Shown here in pieces: positions 1-7,465 of a stretch of 64,000 nucleotides of DNA. The DNA comes from Candidatus Parcubacteria bacterium (lineage in GTDB: Bacteria > Patescibacteriota > Minisyncoccia > Minisyncoccales > JAGMDC01). The stretch covers positions 219,651 through 283,650 of the forward strand of contig JAGMDC010000003.1 of assembly GCA_023128895.1 (NCBI GenBank), in the 5' to 3' direction. Both the position numbers and the translations under genes were made by a program. Under the pieces are notes generated by a model that did not search any database, was not told where the DNA came from, and was given only the letters and a program-made list of their open reading frames with translations. How positions within the stretch are numbered: position 1 is the stretch's first letter; the number at the start of each line of letters is the position of its first letter.

Positions 1-164
1 ACCAAAGCAAACACTGGAATAATTTTCTGAAAAAGATAAATCAACTGAAAAAAGGCTTGGCTGGCTAAATTAAAATTCACGAAAAACAAAATCAGATACA
101 GAGCTATGACAGCTATTAAAAAAATCCATTTTTCGCTGATTTTTTCTAAAATTCTGTTTATCAT
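1..164 (-). CDS. membrane protein, 3'-truncated by window edge (second gene of a small permease-like pair)
   Basis: The ATG at 164-162 overlaps the TGA of the upstream ORF (ATGA). Translation MINRILEKISEKWIFLIAVIALYLILFFVNF... is hydrophobic and open to position 1. It is absent from the ORF track because it is truncated. Confidence 0.5.
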   Translation of the reverse strand, partial: MINRILEKISEKWIFLIAVIALYLILFFVNFNLASQAFFQLIYLFQKIIPVFAL

Positions 165-607
165 AAACAAGATAATGTAGCAATCAAGAGAACCGCGATT
201 ATTATTGCTGTTATAAAACTCACAATATTTCTTGTAATCGCAAATCTCTTGCCAAGCATTAAGGATTCTGCCGGCAATTGAATTAAGCCAACACTTACCC
301 AAGCCAAAAGAAAAGCCGCGACAGCAATTAAACTTACGCCTTGTTTTAAGAGTTCGCCTCCTATAATATAGCTTGTTATCGGATTGCCCGCTGCTACGCT
401 CCCAAAAATCGCTCCGAACAACGGATCTATAATTTTATTGCCGGTAAAAACACTCTGGTAAAATCCTTTTGGTATTGCAACAATAGACAAACTCACAAGC
501 ATAAGAACGCCAACAATAATCGGCGCGACCTGCTTAAAACTATTCAAAGTTTTAACAAAAGATTCTTTTAAAATTGATGTCTCCATATTATTTCTATTAT
601 GTTTCAT
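161..607 (-). CDS. small multi-pass membrane protein, permease-like
   Basis: 148-aa ORF with several hydrophobic helices and a GNPITSYIIGGELL motif. It is translationally coupled to the next gene. Confidence 0.6.
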   Translation of the reverse strand: MKHNRNNMETSILKESFVKTLNSFKQVAPIIVGVLMLVSLSIVAIPKGFYQSVFTGNKIIDPLFGAIFGSVAAGNPITSYIIGGELLKQGVSLIAVAAFLLAWVSVGLIQLPAESLMLGKRFAITRNIVSFITAIIIAVLLIATLSCL

Positions 608-663
608 TGTAGCAAAAAACCGCTTCTGCTAAAAGGCGGATAAGCGGTTTTTTGTTTGATGGT

Positions 664-939
664 CTATCTCACAATTTTTATGGCTTTTCCTTGTATTATG
701 GCTTCAGTGATTTTTTTGTAAGCCGAAGACAAAATTCTCTGGAAAGTGCTTTGCGAAGTATTCATTTTTTTCGCGCATTCCAATTGGTCTAAATCCTTTA
801 TATTCTTTAACCTCATTGCTTCCGCTTCTTCCGCTGTAAGTTCAATCACTTCTAAAAACCTCATAGGCACTCCCTGCGGTTTAAAATAAGTTACATTCGG
901 ATTAAACCCGATTCTGCGATAAAGTCTCGGTCTTGGCAT
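664..939 (-). CDS. DUF134/UPF0251-like DNA-binding protein
   Basis: 91 aa. The MPRPR...YFKPQG N-terminus and HTH-like C-terminal half (family recalled from motif). Confidence 0.7.
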   Translation of the reverse strand: MPRPRLYRRIGFNPNVTYFKPQGVPMRFLEVIELTAEEAEAMRLKNIKDLDQLECAKKMNTSQSTFQRILSSAYKKITEAIIQGKAIKIVR

Positions 940-960
940 AATTAAAGTAAAGTTTTGATT

Positions 961-1566
961 TCATATCTCAATTATTCTGCCGGCCCCTCCTTCAATATAT
1001 TTTTGAGGATATAATCTTTTAAGTTCGGCTTTGTGCTGAGTACAGTGAGTAGGACAAATTAATTCTAAATCTTTAAATAATTCAAATTCATTGAATCCAT
1101 GCATTCCGCCAACCACTCCATAAATTTTCCCGAATTTCCTTATGGCATCTAAGATATGTTTCATTTCTGGATGAGAACAACCAACGATTAAAACAATTCC
1201 TTTCTCTGTCTCAACTCCCATACTCTGCTCTATTCCATCCAATTGACCGGTAGAAAACACATTTTCGTGAATTTTTGTTGGCTTGGAAAATGAATCAGGA
1301 TTATAAATTTTAACCTTGTTATTCACATTCAAAAATTCAGGCAGTCCTCCAATATGGTCAAAATGAGAATGAGAAATGAAAACTTCGTCAATGGAAGTTG
1401 GCTCTATGTTCAACTTTTCCATATTGCTAAGCAAAATTCTCCCATCTGCTCCAGTATCAAATAAAATCTTGGGGGTATTTTTTGCCTCAACTAATGCAGC
1501 AAACCCCCAATCAGATTGAAGGTCTGGCCTAAAAGCAGTATTGTCATAAACAATAGTAATCTTCAT
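961..1566 (-). CDS. MBL-fold metallo-hydrolase
   Basis: HSHFDHIGG (HxHxDH) motif in a 201-aa ORF. Confidence 0.8.
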   Translation of the reverse strand: MKITIVYDNTAFRPDLQSDWGFAALVEAKNTPKILFDTGADGRILLSNMEKLNIEPTSIDEVFISHSHFDHIGGLPEFLNVNNKVKIYNPDSFSKPTKIHENVFSTGQLDGIEQSMGVETEKGIVLIVGCSHPEMKHILDAIRKFGKIYGVVGGMHGFNEFELFKDLELICPTHCTQHKAELKRLYPQKYIEGGAGRIIEI

Positions 1567-1775
1567 GAGCCTCTGGCCATTAAGTTACCGCATTTGGAGC
1601 ATTTCATCTCATAGCAAGGAATTCCTCTTTGATGAGGAACTTTGGCGCCGCAATTCGGACAAATACAAAAATCTCCTGACCCTAAACCAAAACCGCCGGG
1701 TTGACGACCACGGCCGCCTTCGCCGGGCGCTCTAAATCTGCCTCCGGGAGAAATAGAAGGAATATTTTTTGGCAT
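1563..1775 (-). CDS. small zinc-ribbon protein with Gly/Arg-rich N-terminus
   Basis: CPNCG...CSKCG cysteine pairs. 4-nt overlap with the MBL gene. Confidence 0.5.
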   Translation of the reverse strand: MPKNIPSISPGGRFRAPGEGGRGRQPGGFGLGSGDFCICPNCGAKVPHQRGIPCYEMKCSKCGNLMARGS

Positions 1776-1776
1776 A

Positions 1777-2016
1777 TTACTTTTGTTCTTTGAGCTCTGC
1801 TAAGCGCTCTTTTATGGCTTTCAATTCTGCTTCTAAATCTTCTGTTTCTTCTTCTAATGATTCTCTTTCTTCTTTCTTAGTAAAAAATCTTCTCCATCCA
1901 AATCCGCGCCCATATCCAAATCCTCCGCCATATCCAAATCCATCGCCGCAAGGGCCCATTCCTCTTCCAGTTCTTGGTCCAAGCCCCCTAGGGCCTGTTT
2001 GATCAAATCTTGGCAT
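1777..2016 (-). CDS. DUF5320-like protein
   Basis: 79 aa: MPRFDQTGP start, GYG/GFG-rich centre and a C-terminal coiled coil. The overlapping ORFs 1769-2002(+) and 1854-2096(-) are shadows. Confidence 0.6.
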   Translation of the reverse strand: MPRFDQTGPRGLGPRTGRGMGPCGDGFGYGGGFGYGRGFGWRRFFTKKEERESLEEETEDLEAELKAIKERLAELKEQK

Positions 2017-2101
2017 AATAATTTTATGGTTATAATTATATTACTCCGACCTTTCATTATGAATATACACCCATAACAATCCCTTGTCAACCCCACAAAA
2101 C

Positions 2102-2127
2102 AAAAAGAACCCGAATGGGTTCTTTTT
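2102..2127 (-). terminator. rho-independent terminator after the RRM gene
   Basis: AGAACCC-ATTC-GGGTTCT followed by T5. Confidence 0.7.
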
Positions 2128-2149
2128 GTTTTAGGTCTTAATCTTTCTT

Positions 2150-2461
2150 TTAGTACCTCTTGTCGTCGTATCCACCTCCTCCTCCGCGATTTTCGTTTCT
2201 AAAAGGCTTCTTTTCCATTGGCTTGGCCTCGTCCACCACGATTTTCCTTCCGTCTAATTCCTTATCGTTAAGGGTTTCTATGGCTTTTTTCGCTTCTTCT
2301 TCAGTAGACATTTCCACAAATCCAAATCCTTTAGATCTGCCGGAAAATTTGTCTATTATAATAGAAGCTGAACTCACGGTGCCTGCCTGGGAAAACAAAT
2401 CTTTTAAGCTGTCTTCGGTAGTGTCGTAAGAAAGACTTCCTACATAAAGTTTAGTTGTCAT
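2150..2461 (-). CDS. RRM-type RNA-binding protein (glycine-rich tail)
   Basis: RNP2 KLYVGSLSY and RNP1 KGFGFVEM. Start moved to the ATG at 2461 (MTTKLYV) from the track start at 2533. Confidence 0.85.
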   Translation of the reverse strand: MTTKLYVGSLSYDTTEDSLKDLFSQAGTVSSASIIIDKFSGRSKGFGFVEMSTEEEAKKAIETLNDKELDGRKIVVDEAKPMEKKPFRNENRGGGGGYDDKRY

Positions 2462-2754
2462 TTTTTCTATTTTGAGAGTGCAAAACACTCTCGTTAAATT
2501 TTTACCCCACCTTTCAGTGAGATTTAATACCATACTATAAAGTAAGGTATTTACCCGACCTACTTCTAACCTACTCCTAAATTTTCACGAATGAAAGATT
2601 CAACGCAAGATATAGAAAGCACGACTTTCTCTCTTCTTCAAAAAGAAAAAGAAAAGTTATTATAAGTATACACAAAACAAATATTTTGTCAAATTTTTTA
2701 CATAAAAAAATGCCTACGGGTATAAATACCTTTCAGCTATCTTTGATTATATAT

Positions 2755-3051
2755 TTATTCGTCGCCCGCATCCGCCGGGATATAAAGCGTTATAGGCGTC
2801 ACTTTTATATCTCGTTTTACTCTAAGATACTGTCTCAACTTTTTGGCTATCTCTGCGCCTTTTGTCCCTTTGATGTGCGCAACTTCAATGTAGGGTTCTC
2901 TCTGCCCATATAAATTTTTTGCGCTGACGCCTGGCACAATCGTAACGACCATTCCTTCCCCGTCTTCAGAATCTTTGAATAAAACAGCTATCTCCCGTTC
3001 TATTTCTTCCGCGATTTCCTGCGGATACCCCAAAAGTTTTATCTCCGTCAT
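2755..3051 (-). CDS. hypothetical protein
   Basis: 98-aa ORF behind conserved promoter-leader cassette U1, with an SD-like GGGGGTGAG. No recognisable motif. Confidence 0.5.
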   Translation of the reverse strand: MTEIKLLGYPQEIAEEIEREIAVLFKDSEDGEGMVVTIVPGVSAKNLYGQREPYIEVAHIKGTKGAEIAKKLRQYLRVKRDIKVTPITLYIPADAGDE

Positions 3052-3128
3052 CTTTTTTTTCTCACCCCCTAACCTCTTTATTATGTGCTGTATATCCCAA
3101 TACTACTTTTTAATATAAAAAAGTCAAG
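3052..3128 (-). promoter_or_regulatory. conserved promoter-leader cassette U1
   Basis: TTGACT-N16-TAGTAT followed by the leader ATACAGCACATAATAAAGAGG. Homologous to 23302-23371 and 49648-49716. Confidence 0.6.
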
Positions 3129-3150
3129 CCGGCTTTGGCAAATCAAAATG

Positions 3151-3183
3151 AAAAAAATCGGAAGTTGAACTTCCGATTTTTTT
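3151..3183. terminator. bidirectional terminator hairpin after the SPFH gene
   Basis: ATCGGAAGTT-N-AACTTCCGAT flanked by A and T runs. Confidence 0.7.
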
Positions 3184-3216
3184 ACATCTCTTTTCATATT
3201 TTCCAATGATTCTCAT

Positions 3217-4017
3217 CTATTTGTTTTCGTTATTCTCTCGCGGCTCTTGCGCTTCTCGCGCGATTTGCGGCAATTTCATGCCAAAACTTTCAAACGCCCT
3301 TAACACCTCCAAAGGCATTGCGAAAACAACTGTGTTTGATCGGTCAGAACTAATATCGTTAATTGATTGAAGAGTTCTTAAATGCAAAGCCCCTGTTGAA
3401 CCTGCTAAAATATTCGCCGCCTTTGCCATATCATCAGCGGCAATCACTTCCCCTTCCGCCTTAATAATTATCGCTCTTTTCTCTCTTTCCGCTTCCGCCT
3501 GCTTCCCAATAACCCGCTTCATTTCTTCAGGCAAAGTTATGTCTTTCAATTCCACATTATCAACTTTGATTCCCCAAGGGTCAGTGGCTTTGTCTATAAT
3601 CCCTCTTATATTCTCCGAAACCTTGTCTCTTTGGGAAAGAAGTCCGTCTAAATCCACCTGGCCCACAGCGTTTCGCATCGTTGTCTGCGCCAATTGGGAT
3701 ATAGCGTAATAAAAATTTTCAACTTCCAGTACCGCTCTATCCGCCTCCCTTACTTTATAATAGATAACCGCGTTAACGCTCACTGAAATATTATCTTTAG
3801 TGATTGCTTCCTGGTTTGGCACATCCACTGCTTTTACGCGCAAATCAATTTTTCTGTAAAATTGGAATATGGGAATAAGAATGCGCCACCCCGGATTCAT
3901 CAAACCGCTGTATTTTCCCAGAGTGAATTTAACGCCTTTTTCATACTGGTTAACCTGCTTGATGGAAATTAAAATAATAAACCCGACAATCGCTAAAATT
4001 ACAAATAATGTGCTCAT
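3217..4017 (-). CDS. SPFH/band-7 (stomatin/HflK-like) membrane protein
   Basis: N-terminal TM helix followed by a typical SPFH core (EAITKDN..VSVNAVIYYKV.., AEAEREKRA coiled coil). Confidence 0.85.
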   Translation of the reverse strand: MSTLFVILAIVGFIILISIKQVNQYEKGVKFTLGKYSGLMNPGWRILIPIFQFYRKIDLRVKAVDVPNQEAITKDNISVSVNAVIYYKVREADRAVLEVENFYYAISQLAQTTMRNAVGQVDLDGLLSQRDKVSENIRGIIDKATDPWGIKVDNVELKDITLPEEMKRVIGKQAEAEREKRAIIIKAEGEVIAADDMAKAANILAGSTGALHLRTLQSINDISSDRSNTVVFAMPLEVLRAFESFGMKLPQIAREAQEPRENNENK

Positions 4018-4180
4018 AATTATGAGCGAGGAAAAAATACAAAAACTTGTTTTTGTATTTTGACCAAGCGATTAAATATGCGGCTTTGCCCCCACACCTA
4101 ATTTAGGTGTGGGGGCTTTGCCGCAATAATTATTAAAATAATTGATTTCTAATTTCTCGACCTTTATATTATTTTACCAT
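4018..4180 (-). repeat. shared upstream module R3 (copy 1, upstream of SPFH gene)
   Basis: Near-identical to 6560-6720. Contains the GCGGC...GCCGC palindrome with a nested CCCCCACACC hairpin (4089-4115) and an AT hairpin AAAATACAAAAAC/GTTTTTGTATTTT. Confidence 0.8.
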
Positions 4181-4183
4181 AAC

Positions 4184-4213
4184 AAAAACCCGAAGCAAGC
4201 GCTTCGGGCTTTT
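4184..4213 (-). terminator. terminator after the secreted coiled-coil gene
   Basis: CCCGAAGC-GCTT-GCTTCGGG followed by T5. Confidence 0.7.
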
Positions 4214-4258
4214 CAATTAATCTTTCTGGAATAGGGATTGGCTTATCAAGAATTGTCT

Positions 4259-4732
4259 TTAGAGATTGCCTTGGGGACAATTCATAAATCTTCCTGCGCC
4301 GGCATTGCGATAAAACATTTTCCCTCTGGCCTTAAAATTCTCAAATCGTTCTTGTATTTTTTGAATCTTGTAATCTGCTTGTTCCTGCGTGATCTCTTCA
4401 TTCGCGACTAATTCCTCAATATGGGCTTTCATTCCTTCCATCTTTTGCGCTCTTAGTTCCTGTTTCTTTTCCTGCACTTGCGCGCGAAGTTCTTCTATAC
4501 TTAACCCCTGGTTTTCAGCAATTTCTTGAAATGTTTGACCCTCTTCTTTCGCAGCTTTCAAATCATCAACGCTTAAACCAAGAATCTCAGCTTTGTTCTC
4601 AAGTATTCTTTCGTATCCGCCTGCGCTATCCATCGCGCGATTATAAAAGAACCCTTGCGCTGAAACCGCGCTCGCGCCAACAAGACCAATAATCCCTACT
4701 ACCAATAACGAATAAAGTAAAATTTTTTTCAT
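4259..4732 (-). CDS. secreted coiled-coil protein, hypothetical
   Basis: Signal peptide MKKILLYSLLVVGIIGLVGASAVSAQG followed by a Glu/Lys-rich helical sequence. Preceded by an ECF-type promoter. Confidence 0.6.
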   Translation of the reverse strand: MKKILLYSLLVVGIIGLVGASAVSAQGFFYNRAMDSAGGYERILENKAEILGLSVDDLKAAKEEGQTFQEIAENQGLSIEELRAQVQEKKQELRAQKMEGMKAHIEELVANEEITQEQADYKIQKIQERFENFKARGKMFYRNAGAGRFMNCPQGNL

Positions 4733-4786
4733 GGTTGTATAGTTGTATTAAATGATAAATGATAATTTCCGACCTTTCATTATATT

Positions 4787-4815
4787 ACTACAACCAAAAC
4801 ATTGGATTTGTTTCA
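4787..4815 (-). promoter_or_regulatory. ECF-type promoter candidate TGAAAC-N17-TGTAGTAATAT upstream of the secreted coiled-coil gene
   Basis: The -35 overlaps the anti-sigma stop codon. The GTTGTAGTAATAT block is shared with the sigma promoter. Confidence 0.5.
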
Positions 4816-5562
4816 TTTCTTGAACCTGCGGCCATTGCCATTGCGCAAAGGCATAAAATCATCATCAACTTTGCGGACGCCGAGAGCTCGCACCGAGCCA
4901 TTATCTTGCTTTCCAAAAACTATAATCGTATCGTTTTCTTCAATATCCGCGTCAAATGAAAAACGTGTTTCAGGGGTAACAATTATTTCAAGCGTATCGT
5001 TATTGCGCGTCTTAATAAGAAAACCATAATCTGTTATTTCAGAAACAATGCCTCGCCTCATATCTCTATTTTTTCCTTTGCCCAAATCGCTGTAAATCTT
5101 TCCTGCCACAGGCAAACGCCCTTGTTCCGCTCTCTTGAAAAGCCCTGATTGCAAACCAATTCTATCAACCGCGAAACTGCCCAAAATCGCGAACATAACA
5201 ACAAACAATATTGAATAAAGAACCGGTTTGCGATACGCGAAAGCAAAATGTTTCACAAATATTTCCAATATTATAATCAAAATTACGGCAACTGATATCA
5301 ACAGCCACGGCAACATCATAAATGAAGCCCCGATGCCGCGCAAGCCAAAGCACGGCAAATACCAGACCCCATTCGCGCGCAAAGCAAAAATAATAAAACT
5401 AATTAGATATAAAATAAATAACGCCACAAAGAAAATCCCAAGCGCGATTGTCGCGCTTTTTAAGACAAAATATATTCTAGGACGCATCTTAATTTTATCA
5501 TCCTTAATCTGATGAATAACTTTATTAGCGATTGATGGTTTTTGTGAATTATTGTTAATCAT
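4813..5562 (-). CDS. membrane protein, putative anti-sigma factor
   Basis: 8-nt overlap with the upstream ECF sigma gene. Four TM helices and an extracytoplasmic C-terminal domain. The role is assigned by position only. Confidence 0.45.
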   Translation of the reverse strand: MINNNSQKPSIANKVIHQIKDDKIKMRPRIYFVLKSATIALGIFFVALFILYLISFIIFALRANGVWYLPCFGLRGIGASFMMLPWLLISVAVILIIILEIFVKHFAFAYRKPVLYSILFVVMFAILGSFAVDRIGLQSGLFKRAEQGRLPVAGKIYSDLGKGKNRDMRRGIVSEITDYGFLIKTRNNDTLEIIVTPETRFSFDADIEENDTIIVFGKQDNGSVRALGVRKVDDDFMPLRNGNGRRFKK

Positions 5563-6118
5563 AATTTAATTTTTCATAAAGCGTCTTCATATTTTTCTTG
5601 CCTCTTTGCAATCTTATTCCAACAGTAGCGATTGGAACGCGCAGGACATCCGCGATTTCTTTATAACTCAATTCTTCAAAATAATAAAGCACTAATGGTT
5701 CGCGATATTTAGCGTCTAATTTATTAAGGCATTTATCAAGCAGATGGCTAAGTTCTTGTTCGTTCGCTTTTGTGTCAGTGTTTTCTTTGGAAACAGGTCG
5801 GGGTAACAGAGTATCGGGGTCAAAAAACAACAAAGGCCGTCTTTTTTTTTTCTTGATAGCATTAATAAATTCATTGTGAGCGATGCGATAAAGCCAAGAA
5901 GAAAATTTTCTTCCAGTGTTAAAACTTTGTATATTAATATACGCTTTTAGAAATATTTCCTGAACAATGTCTTCCGCGTCTTCATAATCAAACAAAAATT
6001 TTTTAGCGTAACGCATCATCTTTGCTTCATAGCGCTTAATTAATACACCGAATATCTCAACATCGCCCGACTGAACAGCGCGCGCGATTTCCTCATCTGT
6101 TAATTTGTTTACCTGCAT
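5555..6118 (-). CDS. ECF-type RNA polymerase sigma-70 family factor
   Basis: Region 2 (DAEDIVQEIFLKAY...WLYRIAHN) and region 4 (LSYKEIADVLRVPIATVGIRLQRGK) motifs. Confidence 0.85.
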   Translation of the reverse strand: MQVNKLTDEEIARAVQSGDVEIFGVLIKRYEAKMMRYAKKFLFDYEDAEDIVQEIFLKAYINIQSFNTGRKFSSWLYRIAHNEFINAIKKKKRRPLLFFDPDTLLPRPVSKENTDTKANEQELSHLLDKCLNKLDAKYREPLVLYYFEELSYKEIADVLRVPIATVGIRLQRGKKNMKTLYEKLNYD

Positions 6119-6138
6119 AGATATGTCCTATTAATATT

Positions 6139-6166
6139 ACTACAACAAAATTCATCTTTTCTTTCA
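6139..6166 (-). promoter_or_regulatory. ECF-type promoter candidate TGAAAG-N16-TGTAGTAATAT upstream of the ECF sigma gene
   Basis: The same architecture recurs at 4787-4815. TGAAAG is part of a 2.7x tandem 14-nt repeat (6160-6200). Confidence 0.5.
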
Positions 6167-6259
6167 TTCTGTTTCTTTCATTCTGTTTCTTTCATTTTAC
6201 CACAAAACCCAAGCATTTGCTCGGGTTTTAATAATTTTCCAGTTATTTTCAACAGCAAT

Positions 6260-6481
6260 CTAAAGTTCTTCTTTTTGAAATTTTTCTCCCTGAATTTCGT
6301 CCATCTTTTTGATAATCTTTGTCAGTTCGGCAAAATGTTCTTTCTCGTCGTCTCTGATATGGCTTAATATCTTTTTAACTTCTTCGTTGTCAGTTTCGTC
6401 TATATGTTCCTGATACTGATTTATTGCTCCTAACTCCCCTATTAAATCCTCTCTCAAATTTCTTAAAGTTTTATTGTCCAT
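6260..6481 (-). CDS. small ferritin-like/rubrerythrin-like helical protein
   Basis: 73 aa with E..H-type pairs (GAINQYQEH, DDEKEHF) resembling half-ferritin (EncFtn-like) proteins. Confidence 0.5.
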   Translation of the reverse strand: MDNKTLRNLREDLIGELGAINQYQEHIDETDNEEVKKILSHIRDDEKEHFAELTKIIKKMDEIQGEKFQKEEL

Positions 6482-6720
6482 AATTATGAGCGAGGAAAAA
6501 ATACAAAAACTTGTTTTTGTATTTTGACCGAGCGATTAAATATGCGGTTATGCCGCAATAATTATGAGCGAGGAAAAAATACAAAAACTTGTTTTTGTAT
6601 TTTGACCAAGCGATTAAATATGCGACTTTGCCCCCACACCTAATTTAGGTGTGGGGGCTTTGCCGCAATAATTATTAAAATAATTGATTTCTAATTTCTC
6701 GACCTTTATATTATTTTATC
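6481..6720 (-). repeat. shared upstream module R3 (copy 2, with internal tandem duplication, upstream of ferritin-like gene)
   Basis: The 6481-6547 unit is repeated at 6560-6625. The nested hairpin lies at 6631-6657. Confidence 0.8.
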
Positions 6721-6818
6721 AAAAAACCGCCTCCTTGACGAGACGCCAATTTGAAATAAAAAAAATGCCTACGGGTATAAACACCTTTCAGCTATCTTTG
6801 ATTATATATTTATCATTT

Positions 6819-7253
6819 TTAAAGATCTTCTTTGTTCGTTGTTTTTTTGAGGATCATGCCTTCGTCTATTATGCTCCCCCCAAACGGATTCTTTCCCGCG
6901 CTGATGATTGTCAGCGTCTTGCCATCCCATTCCGCGACTACGCTCTCGCTTATATGCTGCCATGGGCCTCCAAAATGACTTATCGCGACAAACTCCATAT
7001 AAATTGTATCGTCTTCCTGTTCCCACCGGCCGACATACACCTTCGGTAAGACTAAATCTGCGCTTAATTGAATGCCCGTTCCTAAACCACATTTACCGTC
7101 TTCGGCAAGCACGATACCATATTGCACCACCCCACCTTCAATATCTATTTCGCATTCATAACCTCCAGGCACAACACTATAATCAATGCACCCACAACTA
7201 AACAATACTATTGCAATTATTCCTATTCCAAACAATATTTCTTTTATGTTCAT
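6819..7253 (-). CDS. lipoprotein, hypothetical
   Basis: Signal peptide with a lipobox-like LFSCGC. The overlapping ORFs 6684-7049, 6802-7092 and 6908-7201 are treated as shadows. Confidence 0.6.
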   Translation of the reverse strand: MNIKEILFGIGIIAIVLFSCGCIDYSVVPGGYECEIDIEGGVVQYGIVLAEDGKCGLGTGIQLSADLVLPKVYVGRWEQEDDTIYMEFVAISHFGGPWQHISESVVAEWDGKTLTIISAGKNPFGGSIIDEGMILKKTTNKEDL

Positions 7254-7354
7254 CTTTCCTCCCCTCTTTTTTTGTTTTCATTCAGTCCGTTCTTTTTCTA
7301 TATTTATTTCTAACAAACTAATAAAAACATATCATAATAATACAATTTTGTCAA
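7254..7354 (-). promoter_or_regulatory. conserved ~100-nt promoter plus 5' leader (copy 1, lipoprotein gene)
   Basis: Homologous to 30344-30449. The hairpin TTTGTT/AACGGA uses G:U pairs where copy 2 has C-G. Confidence 0.5.
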
Positions 7355-7465
7355 ATTTTTCACAAAAAAACCGGATACGGTTTCGCTATCCTGCTCTTGA
7401 TGTTAGACGTAACCTTTTCTTATGCCATTTGTTCTGTTAAAATACATTAAAAGAACAAGCTTTAT

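Noticed and set aside
4022-4063. Small plus-strand ORF MSEEKIQKLVFVF present three times (4022, 6485, 6564).
   Set aside because: - It is the reverse complement of the conserved leader/AT hairpin of minus-strand genes.
- Its ATG is part of the CTCATAATTATGAG palindrome around the real start codons.
- It has no independent SD or promoter.
6160-6200. Possible CRISPR array or spacer-repeat structure, considered at two places: the tandem 14-nt repeats here and the 51-nt tandem pair at 62577-62670.
   Set aside because: - Only 2-3 contiguous copies are present, with no unique spacers.
- There are no cas genes other than a stand-alone Cas4-like nuclease 25 kb away.
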